This document shows, in pieces, positions 1-13,395 of a stretch of 60,000 bases of DNA (the stretch's first letter is position 1; each line of letters starts with the position of its first letter). This DNA comes from Lytechinus pictus (lineage: Eukaryota). The position numbers and the translations under genes were made by a program. The DNA lies in contig NC_087251.1 of NCBI RefSeq assembly GCF_037042905.1, forward strand, positions 9,426,001 to 9,486,000, given 5' to 3'. The notes beneath the pieces are model-generated. The model had not been told where the DNA came from and searched no databases. It saw nothing but the letters and a program-made list of their open reading frames with translations.

Positions 1-357
1 AGACATTAAGTTAATACGATAATGACGTCATTCAAGATGGCAACTTGCAAGAAAAACCGTCAGGTCAGGTGAAAATGTCTTAGATGACAGATTTCTCAAT
101 CATCCAGAGGATTTTTTTCAATAACTCCGGCCCAAGGTATGCAATTACTTAAGTTATTTATATTTCCCTGATAATGGAAACCATGAAACTTTCAATTTTG
201 CTTTAAAAAAAGTTTTAAATCGCGATCTATAAAACGCTAGTTCACTATACGTTGGCTGTAGGTACGGGGCCCCATCCCCTTCAGTCTATGTATGGTGAGT
301 GGAGCCAACGTAGTTCAGCGGAACAACCAAAATACAGAGACTGAAGCTTTTGGTCTA
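1..357. mobile_element. Partial copy of a non-autonomous Academ-like DNA transposon (runs off window start)
   Basis: Near-identical reverse complement of ~51031-51388; similarity stops at the element terminus ...GCTTTTGGTCTA (357). Confidence 0.75.
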
Positions 358-1215
358 GTTTGTGCCCAACTCCGCATTAGAATTCATGAATGGAAAATTA
401 TGTCATCAATCGCACATGCACAATGTACTTCTTTATCTCGGAGACGTATAGTCTTTGCTGGTCGACATTACCAATATTTTCAGTATTGCCATAGAATGTT
501 ATCAAATTGTAATAATTTACATCCAATAATAATTCATATAAATTTAGAGCTCAATTTGAGACATTCGTATTTATTTCAATCGAGTCAGTGCTCTGCAATT
601 ATTCTGTGTCTAAAAATGGATTATCAAAAATATCATTATCAGGATTAATTCTCGAACATCGTCATAACTCATATTCCACAAACCTTTCTCAACTTTTTAC
701 TTTTTCGATGCATCAAAATTTGAAGGCGGGAATTAATATCAAGTCAATTATTTTGCTCCGTCATGACCGCGCTGAAATGCACTGAGGGCCGGGGTAAGCT
801 TTGCAAAAGTAGCTGGATGCAGAGCAATAAAGATCGTTTGTATTTTCCATGATCACAAAACAACAAAAAAAAGTACCCAAGCAGAATTCTTCCCAAAATA
901 TCTAAAACAATGATATTTGCAGATGAAATATACGCCGTTAATAAAATAATATGGAAGACAGAATCACGCTGAGTCGATCTAAACAATTCTCGGTTAATTC
1001 ACAGTCACAGTCCAGACTCGCACACAGACAATGTACAGCCCCTCACTCTCCCAAAACGACAGGTGTGCTTGACGCCCAACAAGTGCTATACTAGCAGAGA
1101 CCAACTTGCCTGAGATATAGTTGGATCCAAAATGAGCTCCAAATTGATGGGAATAACTATCATACATAATTTTTTCAGGATGGTCATTTGAATTGGTATT
1201 CTATGCTGATATAAG

Positions 1216-1303
1216 GGCGGCAGTAATGCGCCCATGGGTGTGAATTGAGCTGCGATTTTCACGCATGCACAGTTTGCGCACCCATGGGTGCATTACTGCC
1301 GCC
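1216..1303. repeat. Small hairpin/MITE-like inverted repeat
   Basis: ggcggcagtaatgcgcccatgggtg ... cacccatgggtgcattactgccgcc: 25-bp arms with one mismatch. Confidence 0.7.
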
Positions 1304-1913
1304 GTGCACAGGATAACCACTGGCACGGCACATGCACCACTTTCAGGGGAATTTTTTTTTAATTAGTAATAGACAAGAGATTTTAAATCAGATAAGCTTT
1401 TGATATGAAACTTACAATAATATATGAAGCCATTTTCTTGCCTGCTTGCCCGGGGCATGTGAAATTGACGTGCGGGCAAGCATTTTTCAAAGTCAATTGC
1501 CCAATCGGGCAAGTGGTTGTTTTGAAAATGAAAAAGATAAATTGACAGTAAAGTTTAATAATTTTTTGATAAATTGTAATTATCGGCCAATTATCTCTCA
1601 TACAATGTCATACCAGTCAAAAAACAGTGGAAACATGTCAAATCAGCGCCAATTTACCGACAATTTATCGCCAGCGGTCCCGTTCGTGGGGGGCTGCCAT
1701 CTTACTTTCTAAACTACACTGTGCGCATGCGCTACTAACCGACGAAGGAGCTAGCTGGGGAAACCCCTCTCTCGCCCTCTGAGCGCATGCTCTAATACAT
1801 CGGCGCTACTTGTACAGTGCATGTACGGACGTACACGAGCGATCGCGAGCCAGTCGACTCTCGAGCTAGATCGCGCTGAATGCATGCAAGCTTCGGACTG
1901 ACTCGGCCAGGAC

Positions 1914-2880
1914 CAGGGTGACCAGACCTCTCGTATTTTATTCATTTCTAAAAAGTTTTTTTTTTTTTTGAAAAATATATTTTAAAAAAACACCAAATAT
2001 CATTAGGATTTTTGTTACATGATTGGATTGTTTTTATTTGCTTGAAGTTTGAACTTTTTCCTCTTTCTTTCTTTTCTATCCTTCTATCCTTCCTTCTTGC
2101 CCTTTTTTGTTACATATCTATTTTTATTTCTTGATCCTTTCTCTCTCTCTGTTCATTTTCTTTCTTTCCTTCTTTCTCTTACTTGCCTTCCTTATTACAT
2201 TTCCTTTTTTATTTCCTTCACTCCTTCTCCCTTCCACTCTTTTTTATTTTCGTTCTTTCTCTCCTTCCATTATTTTCTTTTTTTTTCATTCTGGCCTCCC
2301 TTCATTCTTTCCTCCCTCTCTTTCCTCCTTTCTTTCTTTCATTATTTATTTCATTTTGTCCTTATTCTTTTGCATTATACTTTCTTTCCCTTTCTTCCTT
2401 CCCTCCTTTCTTCCTTCCTTCCTGTTTTCTTCTTTCTTTCTTTCCAAGAATGAAGGAAACATTTTCTTTCCTTCATTCTTTCTTTCCTCCTCCTTTTTTC
2501 TTACTTTTTTTTTGTCTTTCTCTTCTTTATTTTGACTTTCACACATTTATTCATCTTCCCTTCTTTTCTTTTTTTTCTTTCTATATTCAATTCAAAGATT
2601 GACGGAAACCTTTTTATCTATTTTTATTCTCTCTCTCATCCTTCTTTTATTTGAACTTTCTTATATTTTTTATTATTTCCTTCATTTTCCCCTTCATTTT
2701 TTCTTTCTTTCTTCTCAATTCATCTCTTTTCTTTCTCTCGTGCTCCATAATTCTTTCGTTCACCCTCCCTTCCAATTCTGTATATTTTTTTCACAAGTCT
2801 AACTCTGTGTTGCCATCTTTCTTGATATTTTTTTTTTGTCGATTGTCCTGTATTTCATTTTGTGAAATTTGGTCACCCTG
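1914..2880. mobile_element. hAT-type non-autonomous element with polypyrimidine interior
   Basis: TIR CAGGGTGACCA/TGGTCACCCTG; perfect 8-bp TSD GCCAGGAC (1906-1913, 2881-2888). Confidence 0.85.
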
Positions 2881-4825
2881 GCCAGGACTTCAAACCAAAT
2901 AAACAATGAGTCGTCAGACTAAAATAGGTGACCAGAACAACTTGAACAAGAGTCAAGAAAAAGAAATGCCAAGGGCAGTGCCAGTAAATCCGTGATGATT
3001 TTTTTTTTGTAGAGGCCTGCTCTTTGTCTTTCTGGTAATTTATATTGATGATTTTTCTTTATGTCGAAGAAGGCATGGATTTAATTCGCCTGATCCGGAA
3101 TACGCATAGAGAGGGCGCGCGATATTATTTAATAAACATGCTTGTTTATGTCGGATCAGCTGTACTGCTGGTTGCGTTCTAGGCGCTCAGCATTTTTTTT
3201 TCCTCTGTTTTTTTCGCTGTTCAGCAGTATTTTATGATGTAGCGCCATCAGCACCGACGACTTGAATTGAGACTGTTTGATAGGAAAATTCGAATTTCGA
3301 TTGTTTGCGTAATTTCCACTGCAGTATTTAGGATCTTCGGACGGAGTATCTTGGCCGAGTATGGAGGTAAGTGTTAAAAAATCATTTTTATAAATAATTT
3401 CGACTATATTTTTAAAATCAAGTTAGTTGATAGGATTGAATTTTATGTAGACAATAAATGTAGGTTTTGGCATGTTTTATTCCCTCACATTCGTGTGATG
3501 AATGAAAACGTCAAAATTCATACTCAAATGACATGCGTTGTGCGAGGTTAGTATAGCTTGAATAATTTGTTCTCCATTTTGGTTGTGAAAACCTTTTTTT
3601 GGGGGGGCTTTGCATATTAAATTGAGCGCCCCCATTCAAAAAATAGTTCCCAGGGCCCTGTCAATTATAGCTAAGATTTTTCTGGAAATAAGGTTCAAAT
3701 ATTTGACTCAAATCCCCTCCATTTGGATGCGATTTTTTTTTTTTTTTGCTTGTATTTTTTTTTCTGACGAAAATCGCTTGCTTCCTTCCTTCCTTTCCTC
3801 CATTCTTCTTTCTTTCTTTCTTCTTCAGTCTTTTTTTCTTTTTCTTTTAAAGGGGGAACTATTCCCTCTATCTAAAATTTAGGGGGACGTGTCCCCTCTC
3901 GCCCCCCCCCCCCTGCTTCCGCCACCTGTGGCAAAAATATAATTCTGATGTAAAAAAATAGTGTTTAAAAAAATTTAGTGTCAGGTTATAAAAAGAATAC
4001 CTTCGCAGGAACAGGCTTCACCGGAAACGGGTATTGATCAGAAGCATGAATAACCCAGCTCTGTGGTCGCGCTCCCATTAGCTTTCTTTTATTCAGCACA
4101 AGAGGGCGTTACGGCACTCTATATAGGATTCTATGGACAGACGAGGATAAAGAAGAATTTCCTGACAATTTTATACGATTTCGAAAGAAATCATAGAATT
4201 ACTGGAAGAAGGGATAATATTTCTTGGATGTGAAGTTACAAGTACAACAGAGGGTCAGAGCTACAGAGTACAGTGGAAGTTAAAAAATTGCCAGGAAGCA
4301 GGCCTAAACACCGTACAGTCCCATCCCCTACCTTTTGCTGTATGGCGAATGGTCGGGGATGACGAGTGCACTTGAGGTACCTTATCTACACACATGACGT
4401 GACATGACACCAATGTAAACGCGTGGGGCATCGAATTCAGAGCTGCTAAAGTGCTAGTCGATATCTCAGTTCTCACTCGTTATGTAAGCGCTCACCTTTC
4501 TACAAGAAAGCTATCTGACATATAATCATCTTCTTCGCCTTCTGCCATTTCTCTGCTTCTGGTTCTTCTGCTTCTAGATTTGTAACTTCTGTTTAAATGG
4601 CGCAGCCACAGGCACAGCCACAGGATCAGGAAGCGCACTTCAGCTTGCCTTTGAACAGAAACGATAGGCCTACTGGCCGGGGAGCGATCGCGGCCGGGGA
4701 TTTACGAAAGGCCGGCTGTGGAGCTAGATAAGGGGATTTCCCGCCCTGACCTGGGGGGGGGGGGGGGGAAACGCTTACGGGAACCAGCGCCATATATATA
4801 ATTATGTTCATCTGGTTCATCGATT

Positions 4826-5395
4826 TCAGTTTCCTCCTCTCCCTTCTTCTTCTTCTCATCCTCCTCCTCCTTCTTCTTCTTCTCCTCCTCCTTTTTTATT
4901 TCTTCGATCTCTAGCTCCTCCTCGATTTTCATCTCCTTCTATAGCTGTATTACTTTCTTTCTTCTTCTTCTTCTCCTCTAGCTCCCTCGATCTTCTCTTC
5001 TTTTTCTCTTTCTACACCTTCCACTCCAGTCTTCCTCCTTCTTCTCCTTGATCTTCTTCTCCTCCTCCTCCTTAATTCTCCTCCTCGATCTTCAGATCTT
5101 CTAGATCCTCCTCTTTCTATAGCTGTATTTCTTTCTTTCTTTAATTCTTTCTTTCTTCTTCTTCTCCTCCTCCCTCTTCTCTTCTTCTTCTTCTCTTTCT
5201 ACTCCTTCCACTCCAGTCTTCCTCCTTCTTCTCCTTGATCTTCTTCTCCTCCTTCTTCTTCTTCTCCTCCTTCTTCTCTTTCTTCTTCTCCTTCTCTTTC
5301 TCAATTCAAGCTTCTTCTTCTTCTCATGCAGTCTTCTCCTTTTTCACCTTCTTCTTCTCCCCCTCCAACTTCCTCCTCTTTCTCCCCCACCTTCT
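4826..5395. repeat. (CTT/CTC)n low-complexity pyrimidine tract with internal duplication
   Basis: Degenerate trinucleotide repeats; the segment around 4930-5070 recurs around 5110-5255. Confidence 0.85.
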
Positions 5396-6669
5396 TGTTA
5401 TCCCTTTACTCTGTTCGTAGTTTCGTCATATTTTGTGACCTCTGTCAACGCCAGGGTAATCCGCTATTTACACGTCCTTCTAAATTTTCTAGGTCTGATT
5501 TCAAAGGTGTATTATGAACTCTGCTCTTTGATGTAATGACTTTTTTTTATTTCAATGTGTTAACATTCTATTATGTCATTACTTTTCATGGATTACCGGT
5601 ATATGAAAATAATGGGATTTTTTATGCTTTACAATATGACAATTAAATTGAAGAATAGAAAGGCAAAGAAAAACACAAGCATAATAACACGTACATGTTT
5701 TAAGCCGTGTGATCCTATATATAATTAGATGGTCTGTCCATATAGGGTCCATGGTCTTTCTAAGACAGATCACCTCTGTAATTAATTTCGTAAGAATTTT
5801 CTTTCTTTTTATTCATTTTTAAAGCAAATTCTTGTCGCCAAGATTTCTCTAAATCGGCTTCATCAATTTATACTGAATTTCAAGTCATCTATATAAAGTC
5901 TATCTTAGAGATGCCGCAACAAGCTTTTCAAGTTATCTGATTATGATGACGTCATCTAGGCGCCATCATGTAAAATTCTTGGATTACTCATCATACAAAA
6001 ATGAATGTTCACGAGAGCAATGGACAGAATACTTCATGAGGTGAAAGATAATATGGATCATTCATTTCATCTTTCATCGAATGAAGTATTCTGTCCATTG
6101 CAGTGGCGCAACATGCGGGGGGAGGGCAGGCTGCCCTCCCTGGCAGATTTCACCGGAAAATGGAAAACAACGGAAAAAGGAGAAAAAGGAGGGAGAAAGA
6201 AAGAAAAGGGAAATGGAAAGGAAAGGGGGAGAGGAAAGGAGGAAAAGGGAAAAGTGAAAAGAAAACTAAGAAAAACATTAAAAAATTGAAAACGAAATGA
6301 AAGCGGAAAAAGGAACGAAAGGAGAACATGTGAGAAAGAACAAACCATTCCAAAAAATAGCCCTATATACTAATACATTTAGCATGATTAAGAAAGGGAA
6401 ATTAATTAAAAGATGACAAACTGGCAAACAAAAGCGGGAAATGAAAGTAGAATGGAATGAGCCAAAAGCTAAATTTGAAAAAAAAGAAAAAAAAAGAAGA
6501 ACTTAATAACACGACCGGGCTGCCGAGGATGAAAAATAAAGAACGGGAAGAAAGATGGACTGCACACAAAACTGTGTTTTAAGCTTGCTAAATTTTATGC
6601 AATAATGGTCTCAACTTTTGGCTAAATCTCCAAAGCTACCGGGGGCATTACCCCAGACCCCACTCAGTA

Positions 6670-6922
6670 CACTGCAAAAACTCCGGTGTTGATTTAACAC
6701 CAGCGCGGAATCTATATATGTCCATACCAGAAAAGTATTGAAACAACACCAGTTTGGAATCAAACCCATGCTGTTTTAATACTAATTGGTGTTACTAATT
6801 GGTGTTGTATAAACACATACCTGGTGTTAGACCGAAACCAAACTGGTGTAGTTTAACACTTCTCTGGTGTGGAAATATAGATTCCGGGCTAGTGTTAAGT
6901 CAACACCGGTGTTTTTGCAGTG
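6670..6922. mobile_element. CACTA/EnSpm-like MITE
   Basis: TIR CACTGCAAAAAC/GTTTTTGCAGTG with TA on both sides, subterminal inverted repeats (aacacc/ggtgtt); absent from the sister element at 29 kb. Confidence 0.7.
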
Positions 6923-7802
6923 TAGGTGCTTCATCTGTAGTCTTCAAAGGGCTCTCTATTATAACGCCCCCCATATGGACCCTTCCTATACTATAAGGCG
7001 TTCAATCACTGGCGTACAGGGGTGGGTACGTGGGGGTCTTGGTTCCACACCCGAGGGGAAATAAAAGAAAATATAGGAGGCAACGTAATAAAATGAATGG
7101 AAAACCATGAAAATGTGTTATTTGCTGAATATAATGGCAAAAAACTGTCACATAATTTGAAACGCAAATTCGTTGAATTAATGTTGTGTAAAGCTATATA
7201 TACTGTATATATCCCCGATTTGATTAAAAATAGCGGCAATCTGTAAGGTTTAAAATGGCTTTGATTTTAAGAGGTCTCCGCCGTTGACCCAATCCGCATA
7301 GCACTGGCGTAGGCCTACAGATGGAATGGTTGGGCCATTGCCCCCAAAAGTTCTAAGTTATACAACCAAGACCAAAAAAAGTAAGATGTTATTTACTGAA
7401 TAAAGTATCACAAAATATCTCAAAGTTAGATTCTCATGAAAAGGTGATTTTTTTTCCCGCCAGGCTCGCTTCGCTCACTCGGAAGATATAAGCAGCTTTT
7501 TGGCACATGCGCCATACTATGCCCCTCCTTTTCGCGCACAATCCTGTTCACAGTGGCGTACTCAGACAAAAAAAAGGAAAAGGAAAGAGAGAAGGGTGAA
7601 ATATGATATTATTTTCTCAATATCATTTTTTTGTAATAAAATTGTCACATTTTTTTTGCTCGCTCACTTCGCTCGTTCGCAACTTTTTAAAAAGATAAGT
7701 TCTGTCCGATACGTCATATTTGGGCCCCCTCGAAAATTTTGCCTCAATACACCACTGCCTTCTCATACCCTAATTATGATCTGACCGGGAAATTTTGGGC
7801 TC

Positions 7803-8179
7803 TATTACATTAATTTTGTGGGTGTTATTACATTTTGTGGGTAAAGTGTTATTACATTTGTGGGTAAAGTGTTATTACATTTGTGGGTAAAGTGTTATTA
7901 CATTTGTGGGTAAAGTGTTATTACATTTGTGGGTAAAGTGTTATTACATTTTGTGGGTAAAGTGTTATTACATTTGTGGGTAAAGTGTTATTACATTTGT
8001 GGGTAAAGTGTTATTACATTTGTGGGTAAAGTGTTATTACATTTGTGGGTAAAGTGTTATTACATTTGTGGGTAAAGTGTTATTACATTTGTGGGTAAAG
8101 TGTTATTACATTTGTGGGCGTTGTTACATTTGTGGGCGTTGTTACACGTGTGGGCGTTTATTACATTTGTGGGTGTAAC
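7803..8179. repeat. 23-bp tandem array (TTACATTTGTGGGTAAAGTGTTA)n, probably the end of a TGT-terminus DNA element
   Basis: About 12 near-perfect units plus degenerate flanking units, ending ...GGGTGTAACA; absent from the sister hAT copy near 30800. Confidence 0.85.
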
Positions 8180-8958
8180 AGCCCCCCCCCCCCCGGCCAC
8201 CGACCCCTGTTACGGCCCTGTTGTTATGAGTAGATAAAAATTAACATGATTTCAGGGCAGGATATAGTAAACGCACAAAATAATACTTCATAAAAATATC
8301 ACATTTTGGGCGTTAACTGGGGGATATGAGCTTAATAAATGCATGATTTTTCTCTCAAAACATTTCATTATAAACTAAGGATAGCATTTCAGTCTTGCCC
8401 GCTCTCACCACTCGTTGTGAAAACTCCAACCAAGCAGAAGGTTAGAAAGATGAACAATCAAAGGAAAGGAACGGTGCTCAGAACTGGAAAAAATTCTCTT
8501 TTTTTCGATTACCATACAATACAACTGGACGGGGTAACATTGTTTTACTCAGGAAGATTTACTCTAGCATAAACTTATTAGCTATAAAATACAGGGAAAA
8601 GGCATGAAGAACGAAATCAACATTGGAGAATAAGTACATACTTGGGGAGTTGCCCCAACTATTCGACTTCGAAAATTGGCAGTTTGAGATTTCAACAGAT
8701 TTATAGTGATCTAATGACATTCTTGTCGGATTTCTTTCAACTTTCACCATCCTAAGTCTCAATAACCATTGCTCCGAAGCGATTCGTTTTGTTGCTAAGT
8801 GTGGATTACCCACAGAGATGTTTCATGGGATTGTCCTTAACGCATATCTTGCACTGGCGTAAATCCGTGTTGATGGGAGGGGGGATGACTGAAATATTTT
8901 GGCATTTTTTTTGCAATCATGTTTTTAGATATGCAAGGAATTGTCATTGATATGTCCA

Positions 8959-9907
8959 CAGTGGCGTATCGTGGGTCACGGCATTGGGGGGGGGGGCACC
9001 AGCAAAATTGTTGAATCACCGAGTGAGTGCGCTAATGAGCGCGCGAAGCTCGCTCAGTTGCCAGTTATACTGACCTAATAGAGACATTTTAAGGACAATG
9101 TCATTAAACGGGTATGTATTTTTTTATATTCACACCTAAAAAGGGACATTATAATCAAATTTGTGTAATCATGATATGAACCTGTCTCGCTAAACAATGC
9201 GAGCGCGAAGCGCGAGCTGAAAATTTAGATAATTCAGACCTGAAGTGGGGCATTCTAAGGTTTCTTTGTAGGAATTAACTAGGACCATACGTATTTCATT
9301 AACCAAATGATGCGAGCACGAAGCGCGAGCTCAAAATTTTTGATATATTCAGTTCAGAAGAAGGGACATTTTAAGGACTGATTTTAGGAATTCATTAAGA
9401 GCAGACATATCTCACCAATCCACTAATGCGAACGTAATCACGGGCGAACGTAATCACGGACAGGAAATGTTTCATATATACGAAGACCTTAACATGGAGC
9501 AATCACTTTTTTAGTCATGAAAAAGAAGCATATGTCACTACATAAAACAATGATAACTCAAGTGCTAGGAAATATATTTGGTTTATATTGACTTGAAAAC
9601 GGGATGTTTTAGCACAACAGGATTATATATCTCGTTAAACAGACAATGCGAGCACCAGGAACAATGAAGACGTAGGCCCTGGGCAAATTATGTTTCATAA
9701 AATTATGATAAAAATGTTTCTTATGTATAATGTAACATAACATAATTATAATATAATATAACATTATAATGAATAATATTTTCTTCTTTCCCACTACGTT
9801 TCTCTTCCTTTCTCCCTCTTTTCTCCTTTTCCCCCTTTCCCCGTTTTTTTGTGGTCAGCCGATGGGGGGGGGGATGTGCCCCCATGCCCCCCGTAGTTAC
9901 GCCACTG
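8959..9907. mobile_element. hAT-type MITE
   Basis: TIR CAGTGGCGTA/TACGCCACTG; perfect 8-bp TSD TATGTCCA; internal GCGAGCGCGAAGCGCGAGC motifs. Confidence 0.85.
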
Positions 9908-10355
9908 TATGTCCATATGGCAAATACCCCTCCAAAATTATTATTTGTTTTACCCCATGATGGTTTAATGGTTTTATTAGAGATTACATTAAAAAAATTT
10001 TGACATTCCATCTTATTCCCTTCCCAAAGACCCCAACATTGATGAATTGGAAGAAACGGGGGTTTCTCTTCAATGTTTTAATAAGGACATAAGTATTTCG
10101 TTTGGAAATGGTGAACTGGCTCTTTATTTGCATTTTATAATTCAATAATATTGTTTTATTTGTTAAGCGGTATTTTAGGAAGAATTTTCACCAATAAAAC
10201 AATTATCTCTTGTGATTTTTTTTTCATTTATTTCGTAAAAAGTGGGGGGGGGGGGTGTTTGTACAGGCCACCCCCCCTCCTCGAAAAGTGGGGGGGGGGG
10301 ATATCCCCCCCATCCCCCGGGATTTACGCCAGTGAATTATCTTGAGATTATGTTT

Positions 10356-10641
10356 TTAATCTGTTTTAGATTTAGTTCTACCGGAAACAAGTCGATAGCA
10401 CAAACGACAACAAAATCTTAAAGAGAAAAATACAAGTAATGATATAATACAAAGTAACGCGAAGAGAAATGCCAGGACATCCAACATATAGAATTGAATG
10501 AAAGAAAGTTCTGCAGCGGGCGATCTGAGATAATCTCCACCATATCTTATCACGTGGTCTACCCAGAATGCGGCACGTTCTTTTCCAGACATAAAGTCGT
10601 TTTTTATGATAGATGAGACTTCTTTGGCCACCTGTGCATAA
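10356..10641 (-). CDS. UDP-glucuronosyltransferase, last coding exon (transmembrane anchor + dilysine-type ER tail)
   Basis: acag acceptor at 10642; AAFWVDHVIRYGGDYLRSPAAELSFIQFYMLDV, hydrophobic helix, ends KSKTD*. Confidence 0.92.
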
Positions 10642-11635
10642 CTGTCAATCAAAAGAATAAAAACAAATAATATTGATAAATAAAAGCTTTAGAACAGACA
10701 TCCCAACCTCCATCCATTAAAAAGACATGTCATAATCTTAATATGTTGTCTCCCAAACTTACTCCATGCAATAACAAGATATTTTATTTTGGTATCTCAG
10801 TTTCCTTGATATACTTGTTCGTTTAAAAACCTCCATATTTATGTCGTCTTGGATAACCAGTTGTGTTTTTTAATCCTATCAATAGTTGTTGGGAAACCAT
10901 TTTATAATCATAGCTTGTATATTTTGTTTTGTTTACTTTATTTACCAAATCACCTATCTTTGTTTAGATAACACTGATATTAAGTTATCACTTTGCCACA
11001 TTCCTTTTTTGGGGGGTGGGGGAGGATCAGTGGGTAGGTTTTTTAATTATTATTATGGTTATTTTGTCTTTTTTGTGTAACTAACTTGTGTTTATGTGAT
11101 TTGCAATCACCTAATAATCATTTGTAAATTTTGTGATTTATTTCAATTTATAATAAAATAAAATAAATATTATAAATTTAAAAAAAAGTAAAAAAAATAA
11201 AAAAAAAATAAAAAAAAAGATATTTTATTTTTGCGGAATTAGGCTATATCTATGCAATATTCAATAAAAACAGAAAAATTAAGCGAATTAGAAATGTAAA
11301 GGATCGCTGAAATCAACCAATATTGTGGTATATTATATAGGCCTACACATGTCCAATGGAAAAATATCAAAGTCAGCCAAGATAGAAAAGGGGGGTTCAT
11401 CCGATGAAAATTTGATAAGAAAAAAAATTCACCAAAAATATAAAAATTAGGTCTTTTTGTAGAAAAAAAAATTGACAAGCAAAAAAATATGTTTTCAAAA
11501 AATCTGAGGGGGTTTGACTCTCTGTAACCCCCTTCCCCTGCATACGCGCCTTGTTAGAAAAATGTTCATCTCAGGGAGGAACGCTCTAAATGGATATAAA
11601 ATAATAATGTAAGCCTATACTGATGGCTAAATTAC

Positions 11636-11855
11636 CTTGGGTTATTGATGACTTCATGAAGGGTCTCATAAATGACGTCAGCGCTGAGTGAGTGTTTGTC
11701 GAGACTTCTTCCCATACCTCTTGCTTCGACTCTTGCTCCAACATCGTATTGGTCAGCAATGAAAGGTATAATGACCATAGGTACGCCATGACTACAAGCC
11801 TCTTGAAACCCGTTGTTACCGCCGTGAGTTATGATCACACGTAGCTTTGGGTGAC
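11636..11855 (-). CDS. UDP-glucuronosyltransferase, coding exon 3 (UGT signature)
   Basis: 220-bp AG/GT-bounded exon: HPKLRVIITHGGNNGFQEACSHGVPMVIIPFIADQ; phase compatible with neighbours. Confidence 0.93.
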
Positions 11856-12482
11856 CTAATATCGTGCGAAGCAGGTTTCAAAAACTTGTTGTTACATTTA
11901 GATTATGATTTAATAAATAATGTCTCCAGCTTAACTTAATTAGTGATGTATAAGCACTACATCCTATTATTTTAATCCTTCCCTACAGAAGAAAAAAGCT
12001 TTGTTATTAAACTTGACTCATAAATAAATGTCTTGTTTTAATAGTATTTTGTTCATTTCTCAATCGGGTATATTGCATGAAACAGAACTACCCGTGAGTA
12101 TTGGGGCACTCAACTTTAAGCCCTAATATAATTACATATATACGCAACCAGAAAAAACCCAAAACAGAAAGGTGTCGAAAAAGCTAAAAATAACGAAAAG
12201 GTTTTGTATCTGTATGTATTTTGTTTATTTTGCATGATTTTCAAGTAGTGAAAAAGAAGGGAAAGGGCGAAGACCAAATTTCATAAAGAAAAGATTTTGG
12301 TGATTTATCCCTTATTCGATTGAGGTAAATATTAAGTTACTAATACGTTGTCCCCCACCCCCCCCCCCCCCCCCTCGCCAAAGAAAAATAATAAAATGAA
12401 AATAAACTTTATTTCAGCAGCGAGGGCTTGAAATGTAGATACTGGGCAGACAGTGAAAATAGACTTGACACTTCACGCTTAA

Positions 12483-13073
12483 AGGTCAATTCCACCCCAG
12501 AAAAAAAAAGTTAATTTGAATCAAAAAAGAAAAAATCCAACAAACACAACGAAAATTTTATCAAAATCGGATGTGACGTATAAGAAGTCATGACATTTTT
12601 AAAGTTTCTCTTATTTTTCACACAACGGTTATACCATTATGCACTATTCAGTGATATAGCAAATGAATGAGTCTATGTCACTCACCATTTCTTTTCTTCT
12701 ATTATTGGTTGAATTACAATAACTTTTCACATATTTGACAATAACGGTCCTCTCGATTGAATCACAAAATGTTTAATCAATGGTAATTCCACGCGTTCAG
12801 GGAGAAATAAAACTTTGTTTTCACATGACAATGAGCTAAAACATTTCATATTTCATAATAGCGAAATAGCAAGTGGGTAATGTCATCGGCCCAGACAGGA
12901 TTTGGAAATAAACTGTTTTGTGAAATTAAGCGAAAGTTTAAAATGCCTTAACTCTATATACTTAACATCTTATTTTGATGAATTTTTCAATGTTAAGCGT
13001 AATTGCGTATCCCTTTTTTGTTTATTTTTGTCTTTTTATTCAAATAAAATTTTTGTGGAGGCGGACTTGCTCT
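12483..13073. mobile_element. Kolobok-like non-autonomous element in a UGT intron
   Basis: TTAA on both sides; termini AGGTCAATTCCACCCC / GGCGGACTTGCTCT; related to 22926-23528. Confidence 0.65.
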
Positions 13074-13166
13074 TTAAGCTATTACAAGGAGCAATCCTTT
13101 GCAACATAATGAGAATTGGTATATGAAGAAGCTGAAGAAGCGCGTGGAGAGGTGTCTTTAACTCAC

Positions 13167-13395
13167 CGAGCAGATCATTCTGCGGAACCCATGGCAATGA
13201 TTTTACATTAGATGGTAACTCCTTCTTTGGAAGTTCTTTCAACTGCCAAATAACTTTCTGCGGTAATCTTTGGAAAGCCTCAGCAAACAAGTCGACAAAC
13301 TCTGGCTCAAACTTTGTTACAGATGAAAAGTATGTACCAAGGGTGAACACGATAATGCCTTCGTCTCCAGAACTATTCACGAACTCCTCTAAATT
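13167..13395 (-). CDS. UDP-glucuronosyltransferase, coding exon 2
   Basis: aacag|NLEEFVNSSGDEGIIVFTLGT...WVPQNDLL(G)|gtgagt. Confidence 0.93.

Larger units (their letters stand above)
6101..8220. mobile_element. hAT-like non-autonomous element, same family as 28987-30837, with two nested insertions
   Basis: Ends CAGTGGCGCAAC / GTTACGGCCCTG; colinear similarity to 28987-30837; TSD not preserved. Confidence 0.7.

Noticed and set aside
2049..2902. F/L/S-rich ORFs (also near 4.6-5.5, 6.0-6.35, 28.8-29.5, 30.8-31.1, 44.2-44.6 and 49.0-49.6 kb)
   Set aside because: Artefacts of low-complexity or transposon sequence lacking stop codons.
7803..8179. CRISPR-like array
   Set aside because: Units are head-to-tail with no unique spacers, no cas genes are present, and the context is eukaryotic.
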